Positions 26,471-37,527 of a stretch of DNA of 64,000 nucleotides are shown here, piece after piece. The DNA is taken from the NCBI GenBank assembly GCA_013239625.1, contig MU053754.1:1469966-1533965 (forward strand). Reading direction: 5' to 3'. The notes under the pieces are model-generated. The model had not been told where the DNA came from and made no database searches. It saw nothing but the letters and a program-made list of their open reading frames with translations. Position 1 is the first letter of the stretch. Each line of letters begins with the position of its first letter. The translations under genes were made by a program, and so were the position numbers. This DNA comes from Lama guanicoe (Eukaryota).

Positions 26471-28474
26471 ATGAAAGCACATTCCTTTGATAAAATTCAA
26501 TACCCATTTATGATAAAAACTGTCGCCAAAGTGGGTATAGAGGGAACATATCTCAACATAATAAAAGCTATATATGACAAACCTATAGCCAGCATAGTTC
26601 TCAACGGTGAAAAACTCAAAAGCTTCCCACTAAAATCTGGGACAAGACAAGGATGCCCACTATCACCACTCCTATTCAATATAGTCCTGGAAGTCCTAGC
26701 CACAGCAATCAGGCAAGAGAAAGAAATAAAAGGGATCCAAATTGGAAAAGAAGAGGTAAAAGTGTCATTATATGCTGACGACATGTTACTATATATAGAA
26801 AACCCTAAAAGGTCCACAAAAAAGCTACTAGAGCTGATCGAAGAATTCAGCAAGGTAGCAGGTTACAAAATTAATGTTCAAAAATCAGTTGCCTTTCTTT
26901 ACACTAACGATAAATCAACAGAAAAAGAAAGTAAAGAAACAATCCCCTTTAAAATAGCACCCAAAGTAATAAAATATCTGGGAATAAATCTAACCAAGGA
27001 GGTGAAAGAATTATACACAGAAAACTATAAACCATTGATGAAGGAAATTAAAGAAGACTTTAAAAAATGGAAAGATATTCCATGCTCTTGGATTGGAAGA
27101 ATCAATATTGTTAAAATGGTCACACTGCCCAAGGCAATCTACAGATTTAATGCAATCCCTATCCAATTACCCAGGACATATTTCACAGAACTAGAACAAA
27201 TCATAATAAAATTTATATGGAACCATCAAAGACCTAGAATTGCTAAAGCATTACTGAAGAGAAAGAAAGAGGCTGGAGGAATAACTCTCCCAGACTTCAG
27301 ACAATACTATAGAGCTACAGTCATCAAGACAGCATGGTATTGGTACCAAAACAGACATATAGACCAATGGAACAGAATAGAGAGCCCAGAAATGAACCCA
27401 CAAACTTTTGGTCAACTCATCTTCGACAAAGGAGGCAAGAATATACAATGGAATAAAGACAGTCTCTTCAGCAAATGGTGTTGGGAAAACTGGACAGCAG
27501 CATGTAAAACAATGAAGCTAGAACACACCCTTACACCATATACAAAAATCAACTCAAAATGGATTAAAGACTTAAACATAAGACAAGATACAATAAACCT
27601 CCTAGAGGAAAACATAGGCAAAACATTATCTGACATACATTTCAAAAATTTTCTCCTAGAAGAAATAAAAGCAAGAATAAACAAATGGGACCTAATGAAA
27701 CTTACAAGCTTCTGCAGAGCAAAGGAAACCAGAAATAAAACAAGAAGAAAACCTACGGAATGGGAGAAAATTTTTGCAAGTGAAACCGACAAAGGCTTGA
27801 TCTCCAAAATATATAAGCAGCTCATACGACTCAATAAGAAAAAAATAAACAACCCAATCCAAAAATGGGCAGAAGACCTAAACAAGCAATTCTCCAAGGA
27901 AGACATACAAATGATCAAAAAGCACATGAAAAAATGTTCAATATCACTAATTATCAGAGAAATGCAAATCAAAACTACAATGAGGTATCACCTCACACCA
28001 GTCAGAATGGCCGTCATTCAAAAATCCAAAAATGACAAATGCTGGAGAGGCTGTGGAGAAAGGGGAACCCTCCTACACTGCTGGTGGGAATGCAGTTTGG
28101 TGCAGCCACTATGGAAAACAGTGTGGAGATTCCTCAAAAGACTAGGAATAGACTTACCATATGACCCAGGAATCCCACTCCTGGGCTTGTATCCAGAAGG
28201 AAATCTACTTCAGGATGACACCTGCACCCCAATGTTCATAGCAGCACTATTTACAATAGCCAAAACATGGAAACAGCCTAAATGTCCATCAACAGGTGAC
28301 TGGATAAAGAAGATGTGGTATATTTATACAATGGAATACTACTCAGCCATAAAAACCGACAACATAATGCCATTTGCAGCAACATGGATGCTCCTAGAGA
28401 ATGTCATTCTAAGTGAAGTAAGCCAGAAAGAGAAAGAAAAATACCATATGAGATCGCTCATATGTGGAATCTAA
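26471..28474 (+). CDS. Chimeric 667-aa ORF: MKAHS from the target site fused to the C-terminal part of L1 ORF2p (partial RT, thumb/wrist, C-terminal Cys-rich domain); expression not shown
   Basis: Motifs [26 protein letters not shown] and CWRGC...HCWWEC are present. No endonuclease domain. The ATG lies inside the TSD. L1 homology is certain; functional status is unknown. Confidence 0.6.
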   Translation: MKAHSFDKIQYPFMIKTVAKVGIEGTYLNIIKAIYDKPIASIVLNGEKLKSFPLKSGTRQGCPLSPLLFNIVLEVLATAIRQEKEIKGIQIGKEEVKVSLYADDMLLYIENPKRSTKKLLELIEEFSKVAGYKINVQKSVAFLYTNDKSTEKESKETIPFKIAPKVIKYLGINLTKEVKELYTENYKPLMKEIKEDFKKWKDIPCSWIGRINIVKMVTLPKAIYRFNAIPIQLPRTYFTELEQIIIKFIWNHQRPRIAKALLKRKKEAGGITLPDFRQYYRATVIKTAWYWYQNRHIDQWNRIESPEMNPQTFGQLIFDKGGKNIQWNKDSLFSKWCWENWTAACKTMKLEHTLTPYTKINSKWIKDLNIRQDTINLLEENIGKTLSDIHFKNFLLEEIKARINKWDLMKLTSFCRAKETRNKTRRKPTEWEKIFASETDKGLISKIYKQLIRLNKKKINNPIQKWAEDLNKQFSKEDIQMIKKHMKKCSISLIIREMQIKTTMRYHLTPVRMAVIQKSKNDKCWRGCGERGTLLHCWWECSLVQPLWKTVWRFLKRLGIDLPYDPGIPLLGLYPEGNLLQDDTCTPMFIAALFTIAKTWKQPKCPSTGDWIKKMWYIYTMEYYSAIKTDNIMPFAATWMLLENVILSEVSQKEKEKYHMRSLICGI

Positions 28475-28806
28475 AAAACAAAAACAAACAAACAAACAAA
28501 AACAAAGCATAAATACAGGACAGAAATAGACTCATGGACAGAGAATACAGACTTGTGGTTACCGGGGGGGAGGGGGGTAGAGGGTGGGAAGGGATAGACT
28601 GGGATTTCAAAATTGTAGAACAGATAAACAAGATTACACTGTATAGCACAGGGAAATATACACAAAATGTTATGATAAATCACAGAGAAAAAAATGTGAC
28701 AATGAGTGTGTATATGTCCATGAATGACTGAAAAATTGTGCTGAACACTGGAATTTGACACAACACTGTAAAATGATTATGAATCAATAAAAAATGTAAA
28801 AAAAAA
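26486..28806 (+). mobile_element. Young 5'-truncated LINE-1 insertion (3' half of ORF2, 3' UTR, poly(A)) with TSD
   Basis: Uninterrupted ORF2 frame; G-rich 3' UTR tract ~28564-28603; AATAAA at 28786-28791 followed by an A-tail; perfect direct repeat AAAGAAATGAAAGCACATTCC at 26465-26485 and 28807-28827. The flanks resemble an old L2 fragment. Confidence 0.97.
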
Positions 28807-29394
28807 AAAGAAATGAAAGCACATTCCAAACACTGGGGAACCAGCATGTGGAAAAGCTGGAGGGCAGGAATGAAGGAGCCATATGGAAATTGGTTTGCCT
28901 GAAATGTCCATTATTAGCTGAGACGTTAAACATGTTTGAGGGGGAATGAAAGATTATTTTTAAAGCATCCTAGTCTATTTACTTTTCTTTCTTCCACGAA
29001 GGCTGACTGATATAATGGAAGGAATGAGAGCTCTGGAGCTGAACAGCCTGGCTTCTCAACTGTAGCTCCTTTCTGTTTTCACTTTCCATACTCTATTCTT
29101 TGGGCTCAAGTCACTCTATCCAGTATGACCATTACTTTTAAATGCTTCTTTTGGCCCAAAGAGCAGCCTTGATTTAGCACCTATAATTTATAATCCTGGT
29201 TCAGTATCTTTGGGGCTCATAGCCACCACTTTAACTATGAAATAGAGTTCACAGAAGAAAAGAGGCATTTAAAATAGCAAAAGAGAGCTTTCTTTACTAG
29301 TTATAGATATTGTTGAGATTTGCTTTGAACTGGAATTAAATTCTTACATGTGTTCAATAAGTTATGATGCAACAGGGGGAAATGTGGGTAAGTT

Positions 29395-29600
29395 TTTGTC
29401 TATATGCAGCATTTGAGGTAGCTCTCTATGACATATCATTTAATCTGTACTATAAGCCATTGCTCCCATTTTGCAGATAAGAAAACTGAGGCTTGCAGAA
29501 TTTGAGTAATTTGTACCACACAGATAATGAGCAACAGAAATGAACTTTATAGAAGGCTCAGCTCCAATCAAATGCTAAAATGACTGCAGTCCTTTCTTCC
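29395..29600 (-). mobile_element. MIR SINE
   Basis: CCCATTTTGCAGATAAGAAAACTGAGGCTT. Confidence 0.75.
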
Positions 29601-31469
29601 ACTTCACTCTGAATTATCTGGAATTAGAGCACCCCAGGTGGTTCTAGCTGTAAAACTGTTAACGGGCTTGCTGTAAAAATTCCTCAAAACATTCACGATG
29701 TCTCTCTACCACTGAGAGGAGGAACGAGGTGCACACTGGTTAAGATAATTGGGTCAGGATGCCCTAGTTTGTACTCTGGCTGTTTGCTTAGCTGGTTCAT
29801 TTGCTGCCCCTCCTGACTCCCAAAGTTGGGGGACTCTGTCCCCCCAGCCAGCTAAAGCAGGAGGCACTGCCTTGTTGCTCCAGCAGGCAGGCTTTCTAGC
29901 AATCAAGAGAGCAATTTCCTCACCATGTACCCATATGGCATCTCCCTTTTCCCTGAATCTCCTTCATACTCCTTGCCACCAGACAGTTTTTGCTCTCTCT
30001 GAATCCCCTCAGACGCTGACCTAACATCATGTCTTTGAAACTAGGTTCTGAAAGACTACGTACTTTCATTACCAAGCTGTGTAAGTTTTTTTTTTAAACA
30101 GCAGTGAAATGGAAAACTTGCCCAGGATCTGACTCGCAGATCATGCCCCTGATCCCACATCAGGGCCTTGCAAAACAAAAAAGGAAGAGATGTACTTCCG
30201 GCTCGCAAGACATTTCCAAGAATAAAACCCATGCCTTCAAGGCAACCCTTGTGAGAGCTACAAGCAAGTGCCGCGTTATAGGATACAGCTCCTTGGATGC
30301 TGTTTGTCTCTACTTGTTTTGAGGAAGACTGCAGGATGTGTTGGGGCAGACTTCAGAGAGGTGGATACCAAAGGTGGGTGCTTAAAAAAATAGGATTTGG
30401 GTAGCCCGAGGAGAAAATACACAACATTCAGGAAATAACAAATTTGGAACACTTCCTCACTTTAATTCCCCCTCATTCCCTAAGGTATCTGGAATCAGAC
30501 CACCCCAGGTACAAAATGAACCTGGAGTTCAACACAAATGAACACATAGTTTTATAATATCACACTACTGCTTCTCTTTGCTTAACAAACCCGTTTTCTT
30601 CATTTGTACTGATGAAAATGGACTGCCTTCTTTCCACCTAGGGGGCAATCCCAAGTCACCTGGACAAGCCGGCCGATAATCAAAACTGTTTAGGACTGTG
30701 TGTCTCAGTGGCCCAGGGAAGAGGGACCACCTGGCACACGATCACTCAGGGACCTCATTATGCCTGTGGATTCCTGGATGCCATCCCAGACCTGCTGAAC
30801 CTGAATGCTGGGCTGGGGCCAGAGAATATGCATGTTTAACAAGTTCCCTCGGGGATCCTTGTACTGAAGGGGGAGAACTACAGGTTTAAGTTTCTGGAGC
30901 TGAGATCAATCACTCACAGTGCCCAGATGTCACAAAACGCACCTCTGAGTCCCCGAGCAAGCAGAAGCTGCCCGTGGGGCTTTAGAGAAAGCCTGAGGTT
31001 ACAGGATTATCTGGAGGATCCATACTAGTATCTGCAAAGAGTGTATCTCTCTTTGAGATATGCAGCAAGCCCTTTCAGACCTGCTGCCTGCTGCATCAGA
31101 GGAGGATGGGAGGGAGGGAAGAGGGGGACAGGGAGAAAGGAGAGGTAATCAGTCCACCACCTCAGAGACTACAACAGGGGCCCCCTCCCTTTGCCGACTC
31201 CACAGCCTGCCCTGCAGGGTGACCTGGGTGAAAGCCCCATTTCTCAGGCTAGTGACGGGCACATCCTAGCAGGCTGATTTGCTCATTGGCAGGCTGCTTC
31301 TCTTGAGAGGAGCAGGGATGGAGCAGGTACGAGCACAGTCTTACAGCAATCCCAAGAGGCTGTCTGTGATCCCAGCCTGTGGCTCCTCGGTGGGAAGGGG
31401 AGGACGGTGATGCCAAAAGGCCACCTTGAAAACACAGGCCTTCTCAGCTTTTCTCCAAAAAGAGGCTTC

Positions 31470-32010
31470 CCATGTTGTTTTTTTGTGTCTCCTTCTCTTT
31501 TCATGATTAATTTTCCCAAGGATTTATAAATTTTATTATTGTTTTCAAAGAGCAAGCTTTATTTCTGAACTTTGGCTTTCTTGATTTTTCTCTGGTCTAC
31601 GTCTATTTTCCGCTTTATTACTTTCTGTTTCAGTCTTTATTATTTTCTTCCACTTTGATTCAACTTGACATTCTTAAGTTCTGGAGATGATGTTTAGATC
31701 CTGGACTCTTGGCATTTCATCTTTTCTCACATGCACACTTAACTGTAAACATTCTTTTCTATTCATAATTTTTACTGAATCCCATAAATTTTGATATGCC
31801 GTGTGTTCACTGCCATTCAGTCCCAAATATTTTCTCATTTCCACTGTAACTTTTTCTTTCACTTATAGACTATTTAAAAATACAGTGTTTAATTTCTAAA
31901 CACTTGAGAATTTTCCAGTAATCCCCATATTACTAATCTCTAACATACTTCCATTGTCATTGAGAATATTCTCTGTGAGATTTTATAATTACTTTGAGTC
32001 AGTATATGGT
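31470..32010 (-). mobile_element. Ancient L1 (L1M-type) ORF2 fragment
   Basis: Minus-strand peptides EMRKYLGLNGSEHTAYQNLWDSVK and LFENNNKIYKSLGKLI are degenerate ORF2 segments. Confidence 0.8.
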
Positions 32011-32071
32011 TGATCTTAGATCAGCCTTTATATAATGAATTATTTTCTTTAAGATCAAATCAGCCTTTATA

Positions 32072-33946
32072 GAGTTCTGGTCAAGATGGTGGAGTGATAG
32101 GACCAAAAACTTGCCTCTCCTTGCAACGACAAGGAACCCACAACTGAATGCTAAATAGCCATCGAATAAAGACTGGAACCTAGCAAAAAAAGATCTTCTA
32201 CAACTGGAAACACAAAGAGAGAACCACAGCAGGATGATAGGAGGGGCATGCTCGCTATATAATTGGGCCCCATGCCACCCGGGTGAGCAACCCACAAGGT
32301 GAAGATTTAAGTCGCAGAGACCCTCCCGCAGGAGTGAGAGCTCTAAGCCCCACTCAGTCTCCCCAGGTCGGGTTCCAGCATTGGGAAGAGAAGGAGACCC
32401 CAGGACATCTGGTTTTGAAGGCCAGGGGGCTTGGCTCTGGGAGCCTCAGGGGGATCGAGGAAACAGAGACTCTATTTACTTGAGAAGTATACACAGAAAC
32501 TCATGTGCACCAGGTCCAAGGACAGAGGCAGTGATTTCATAGGAACCTGGGCCAGATCTGCCTGCTGGATTTGGAGGGTCTCCTGGGGACATAGGGGATG
32601 GCAGTGGCTCACTCTGGGGATGTAAAAACTGGTGGCGGACATTCCAGGAGTGTTAATATAAATGAGCTTTCCTGCAGGCTGACATCTTGATTGGATCATT
32701 AGCACTAAGACCAAGCCCCACCCAACAGCCTGTAAGGAAGCCTCAGGCCAAACAACATACAGGGTGGGAACACAGCCTCACCCATTGTCAGACTTACTGA
32801 GCCACAAAGTCCACTAGGCACAGCCCTACACACCAGAGGTCCAGGACCAAGCTTTACCCAGCAGTGGGCAGGCACTGGCTCCTCCTGCCAGGAAACCTGC
32901 ATAAGCCTCTAGTCCAGCCTCATCCACCAGGAGCAGATTCCAGAAATAAGAACACAATAACCCCAAAGCCTGCGGAAGGAGTCCACAAACACATAGAAAG
33001 ATAGACGATATGAGGCAGCAAAGGGATATATCTCCCAGGCCAAGGCACAAAATAAAATCTCAGAAGAAGAAATGAGTGATGAGGAGATAGGTACTTTATC
33101 TGAGAAAGAGTTTAAAGTAATGATGGCCAAGATGTTCAGAGAACTTAAAGAGGAGTATAGATGCACAGAGTGAAGTTTTTAGGAAAGAGTTGGAAAATAT
33201 AAAGAATACCCAGAGATGAAGAATAAAATCACTGAAATGAACAATACACTGAAAGGAACCAAGAATAGACTAAATGAGGCAGAAGAATAGATCAGTGAGC
33301 TAGAAGACAGATTAGTGGAAATTACTACTTCAGAACAGAAAAAAAAAAAAGAATAAAAAAGGAATGAGGATAGTTTAACAGAACTCTGGGACAACATGAA
33401 GCACTCTAATATTCGCATTATAGGGGTCCCAGAAAGAGAAGAGAGAGAGAAAGGAAAGGAGAAAATAGACAAAATTTTCCCTAACTTGGGAGAGGAAACA
33501 GTCACCCAAGTCCAGAAAGTGCAGAGAGTTCCGCACAGGATCAACCCAAAGAGGAACACACCAAGGCACATAGTAATCAAATTGACAAAAATAGGAGAAA
33601 ACAACTAGCTAGAGAAAAGCAACGAATAACATACAAGGGAACTCCCATAAGGTTATCAGCTGAGTTTTCAGAACAAACTCTACAGGCCAGAAGGGAGTGG
33701 CATGGATATATTTAAAGTGATGCAAGGGGGTAACTTAACAACCAATAACACTCTATCCAGCAAGGCTCTCATTCAGACTTGGAGAAATCAAAAGCTTCAC
33801 AGATAAACAAAAGCTAAAAGATTTCAGCGCCACCAAACCAGCTTTACAACAAATGTTAAAGGACCTTCTCTAGTCATCAAACCATAAGAAAAGAGAACAA
33901 AAAGAAGAAAGAGAAAAAAAGAGAGAGAGAGAGAGAGACCTACAAA
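32072..33946 (+). mobile_element. Older LINE-1 5' part: 5' UTR plus degraded ORF1
   Basis: Starts with an L1-like TCAAGATGGTGGAG; ORF1 runs from about ATG 33010 to TAG 33872 with internal stops and frameshifts; ORF-track peptide NIRIIGVPE...RINPKRNTPRHIVIKL is the ORF1p RRM region. Confidence 0.9.
33010..33872 (+). pseudogene. Disrupted L1 ORF1 (RNA-binding protein) coding region
   Basis: Coiled-coil-like segment, NIRIIGVPE motif and YKGTPIRLSAEFS-like C-terminal segment, broken by stops and frameshifts. Confidence 0.85.
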
Positions 33947-34227
33947 AGATTGCTTTGGCTGTTGGGAGTCTTTTGTCGTTCCTTATAAATTTTGAAATTA
34001 TTTGTTCTAGCTCTGTGAGGAATGTCGCAAGTATTTTGATGGGGGTTGCATTGGATCTGTGGATTGCTTTGGGTAGTGTGGCCATTTTGATAGGTGTTGA
34101 TTCTTCCAATCCAAGAGCACAAGAAAGCTCTCCATTTCTTCGTGTCATTTTGGTTTTCAGAGTATAGGTAACCTCCTTGGTTAAGTTTATTTCTAGGTAT
34201 TTTGTTGTTTTTGATGTAATGGAAATG
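33947..34227 (-). mobile_element. L1 ORF2 fragment (post-RT region), inverted relative to the adjacent ORF1
   Basis: Minus-strand peptides [19 protein letters not shown] and MATLPKAIHRSNATPIKI...TELEQIISKF match the same region of the intact ORF2 at 26.9-27.3 kb. Confidence 0.9.
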
Positions 34228-34285
34228 TCTCGGCCGGTTATAAAATTCTGGATTTTGAAATGAAAAAAAAAAAAAGTGAATGAAG

Positions 34286-34480
34286 GGCTGCAAATGGCAA
34301 AATAGCCTTCTTTTTTATAGGTGAGTTGTATTTCACTATATATATCTATATCTATATATCTATACATATACATATGCATCTCCATTATCTATTCAACTAT
34401 TGATGTGCACTTAGGATGCTTCCATATCTTGGCAATTATAAATAATGTTGCTGTTAATAGCAGGGTATATGTTACTTTTT
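34286..34480 (-). mobile_element. L1 ORF2 C-terminal fragment
   Basis: Reverse complement resembles the [15 protein letters not shown]...YSAIK...PFAA region, with a TA-rich expansion. Confidence 0.75.
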
Positions 34481-34609
34481 GAGTTAATTCTTATTTTCTG
34501 CTTGGCTTTATTCCTTTGATAACTATGTAAGTTTAAAAAGCTAAAGCTCTAAACGTTCTTAGAAACAATGAACAGTACATATATGTAAATTTAAAAATAA
34601 ATGGACAGT

Positions 34610-35135
34610 AAAAAAAAGATCTATCAAGCCATGAAAGACATGGAAGAAACTTAAAAGACATATTACTAAGTGAAAGGAGCCAGTCTGAAAAGGCTACAAA
34701 CTGTACGATTCCAACCAAATGACATTCTGGAAAAGGCACAGCTACAGAAACAATAAAAAGATCATGGTTTCCAGGGGTTTAGGGAGAGGCAGAGAGGGAG
34801 GAATGAAAAGATGGAGGACAAGGGATTTTTAGGGCAATGAAATTATTATGTATGATACTATAGGGGTGGTTAGATGTCATTATGCATTTGTCAAAGCCCA
34901 TAGCATGTACAACATCAAGAGTGAACCCTAACATAAACTATGGACTTTGGTTGATAATAATGTGCCCATGTTGGTTCATCGATTGTACCAAATATGCCAC
35001 ACTGATGAGGGAGGCTGAGGGTAGGGGAGTATATATATGTCGGTGGGGAGGGCTATGTGCGAACTCTCTATTTTCTGCTCAATTCTGTCGTGAACCTGAA
35101 ACTGTTCTAAAATAATAAAGTCTATTAAAAAACAA
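34610..35135 (+). mobile_element. Old L1 3' end (L1M-type)
   Basis: CTATCAAGCCATGAAAGACATGGA...AATAAAGTCTATT; same subfamily as 3349-3800. Confidence 0.88.
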
Positions 35136-35139
35136 AAAA

Positions 35140-35530
35140 GATCATTCTTTATATAATTATTTTTAAGTGATTCTTTATATAATTAATAATAAAATTGTGT
35201 ATATATATATATTTACATAAATCACATTACGTCATACAAATATCACATATATTATGTATATGTAAATATCATATACAGTATATACATAATATACTGTAAG
35301 TATTGCAGATAATTATGAATATATAACATTTGTAACTATTAATACAAGGAATGTATATAATGATTCTAAGTACACAAGTCATAAAATGTTTATATCTAAA
35401 TTTTGTGTTTTTCATATTTAATATATAAATTATTCTTTTGAATTTATGTGTAGTTCTACAGAAATGTATACATTTGTATTAATCTAAATATAGTGTTTTT
35501 TATATGTTTCTAGGATTCTTTGTATATAGA
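35140..35530. repeat. AT-rich low-complexity tract
   Basis: Degenerate TA-rich sequence downstream of an L1 tail. Confidence 0.85.
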
Positions 35531-36469
35531 TAAATCTAATCTATGCTGGATTATTATTATGCCTTTTCTCCTCATTTTAAAAGAAAATAAAACATTTTTA
35601 TGGTCCCTGGGCACTGGGCCGCCTACACCAAGGAGAAGTCTGTGCTGCTCCCAAGATGGTTATGAAGGTATAATACTGTCTTCCAGGAGATGGAATAAGT
35701 GGATGTTCTGCCCTGGAGGACATGAGACATCATAAACCCAGCAAGATAGCAAGCACAGCCCATGGGGACTCAGCAAATGTTTAATGATGATCTCTGATAT
35801 TATTCATTTCCGTGCACTTTTATGTGGCTCACTTTGGGATGTATTAGATCCCCAAATCCAGGGAATTTAATTGAATTTCTCTGAGAGTTCAGATACACAT
35901 ATCACCAGCAGACAAATAGGGGTAAAGCCCTGGGGAATTCTGTCCTTCCCTGCAAGAGAAGAGTGAGTTTCTTGCAGCTTGATTTTTCCCTGTTAGAAAT
36001 CTTGTCTGCTCGTGATGGATGCTGATGGTGTGGGCACAGTGCTCTGCTTGTCTGCACGTCTGATGTTAGGAATAAGTTTGGAAGATTTCATTCTCGTATT
36101 TCTATACTGATGCATGGAGTCCAATAAAAAATGTGAAATGGTGTGAAAAAAAGCCTCAATGGGTGATTACGTTCATTGGAAATAATTTATCACTTGCTGA
36201 AAAGTGAGTGATCTTCATCAGATGGAACATAATGTTTGCCAGAGCACTTCCTTGTCAAGGAAGGTTAGGAAACAAAGGAGCAAGGGTTGTCCTGGAAACA
36301 AACATGAGGTCTCTCTAATACCAATGACTTCTCCTTCATATCAGTTTGGAAGAATAATACCACATGATCAAGAAAAAAGAAGAAAAATGACCATGTGTGA
36401 TACAGTGATTTATAAGAAATATATATTTGGTCATTCAGATGACCAGAATCTATTTCATACATATATATG

Positions 36470-36478
<9 letters not shown>

Positions 36479-36503
<25 letters not shown>
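36479..36503. repeat. (AC)n microsatellite
   Basis: Read directly from the sequence. Confidence 0.97.
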
Positions 36504-37054
36504 GAGGAATTGGCACCAGAACCCATTTACCATGTTTTGGTTGTACGACTGAATTTTCTTTCCGAATGGAAAATATCAAAACTATTTTAGGAATGCGACC
36601 TCATGTGAAAACAAGAAGCAAGCAGGCTAGGCTGAGGTGGCAGATTCCTAATGTCCCTAACTTGAGAAGACAGGGTTGTAGTTTTTCACTTATCTGAATA
36701 AAAATAGCAACAACAACAGGAAAACCACAAGGGAGCTACACTACTCCTGTCATTACCTACTCTTCATTTCCAGCGAGAAGAAGGTGGAATTCTCCATTAA
36801 AGGCCGAGATTTTGCAGCACCATTCCTGGGAAGCAGCTTACACAGCCCACCGGAGGAGGACTTTGGAACTGTGGTTATAACCTGATGTATTATTTTTTTG
36901 TTCATCTTTAGCTACTGCGCTGCCAGCCCCTTGCTGGCTTAGCCTGGGGCATTAAGAGTTACTGTTTCTTTCCCGTTTCAGTAGCTGTTAACTAGGGCAG
37001 AAGTAACAATTTTCAAATACTTTGAAATAAATGAATACAAATCCCAGATGATAC

Positions 37055-37527
37055 TGTATGAGCTTCCAATTATTCTGTAGCAAATTACCACAAACAGAGT
37101 GGCTTAAAGCAACACAAATTCCTTATCTTACAGTTCTGGAAGTTGGAAGTCTTAAAAATCAATGTGTCACCAAGACTGGTTCCTTCTGGAGGCGAGGCCC
37201 TGAGAATCCACTCCCTTGTCTCTTCATTGCTTCTGAGGACCATCTGCATTACCTGGCTCAGGGCTCCTTCCACTGTCTTCGAGCTCAGCCGTGTAGTACC
37301 TGATCTCTGCTTTCACTGTCACATCTCCTTCACTGATTCTAACCCCCTGCCCCCTGCTTACAAGGACCCCTGTAATTACATTAGGTCCACCCAGATACTC
37401 CACAATAAGCCTCCCCATCTCAAAATCCTTAACTTAATCACATCTGCAAAGTTCCACATTCATGTGTCTTGGGACTTGGGACATAGACATCTTTGGGGGA
37501 GAGGGGTACATTATTGCATCCACCACA
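37055..37527 (-). mobile_element. MLT1B/C-type MaLR LTR
   Basis: CAAATTACCACAAAC...GGCTTAAAGCAACACAAATT...AAAATCCTTAACTTAATCACATCTGCAAAGT. Confidence 0.85.

Noticed and set aside
26497..27972. Minus-strand ORFs of 118 and 186 aa with hydrophobic, membrane-like composition
   Set aside because: These are antisense shadows of the A-rich L1 ORF2, a common artefact.
26471..28474. A novel reverse-transcriptase-based system or domesticated RT gene
   Set aside because: The TSD, poly(A) tail and L1 3' UTR fully explain it as a recent L1 copy; no partner genes or associated structured RNA are evident.
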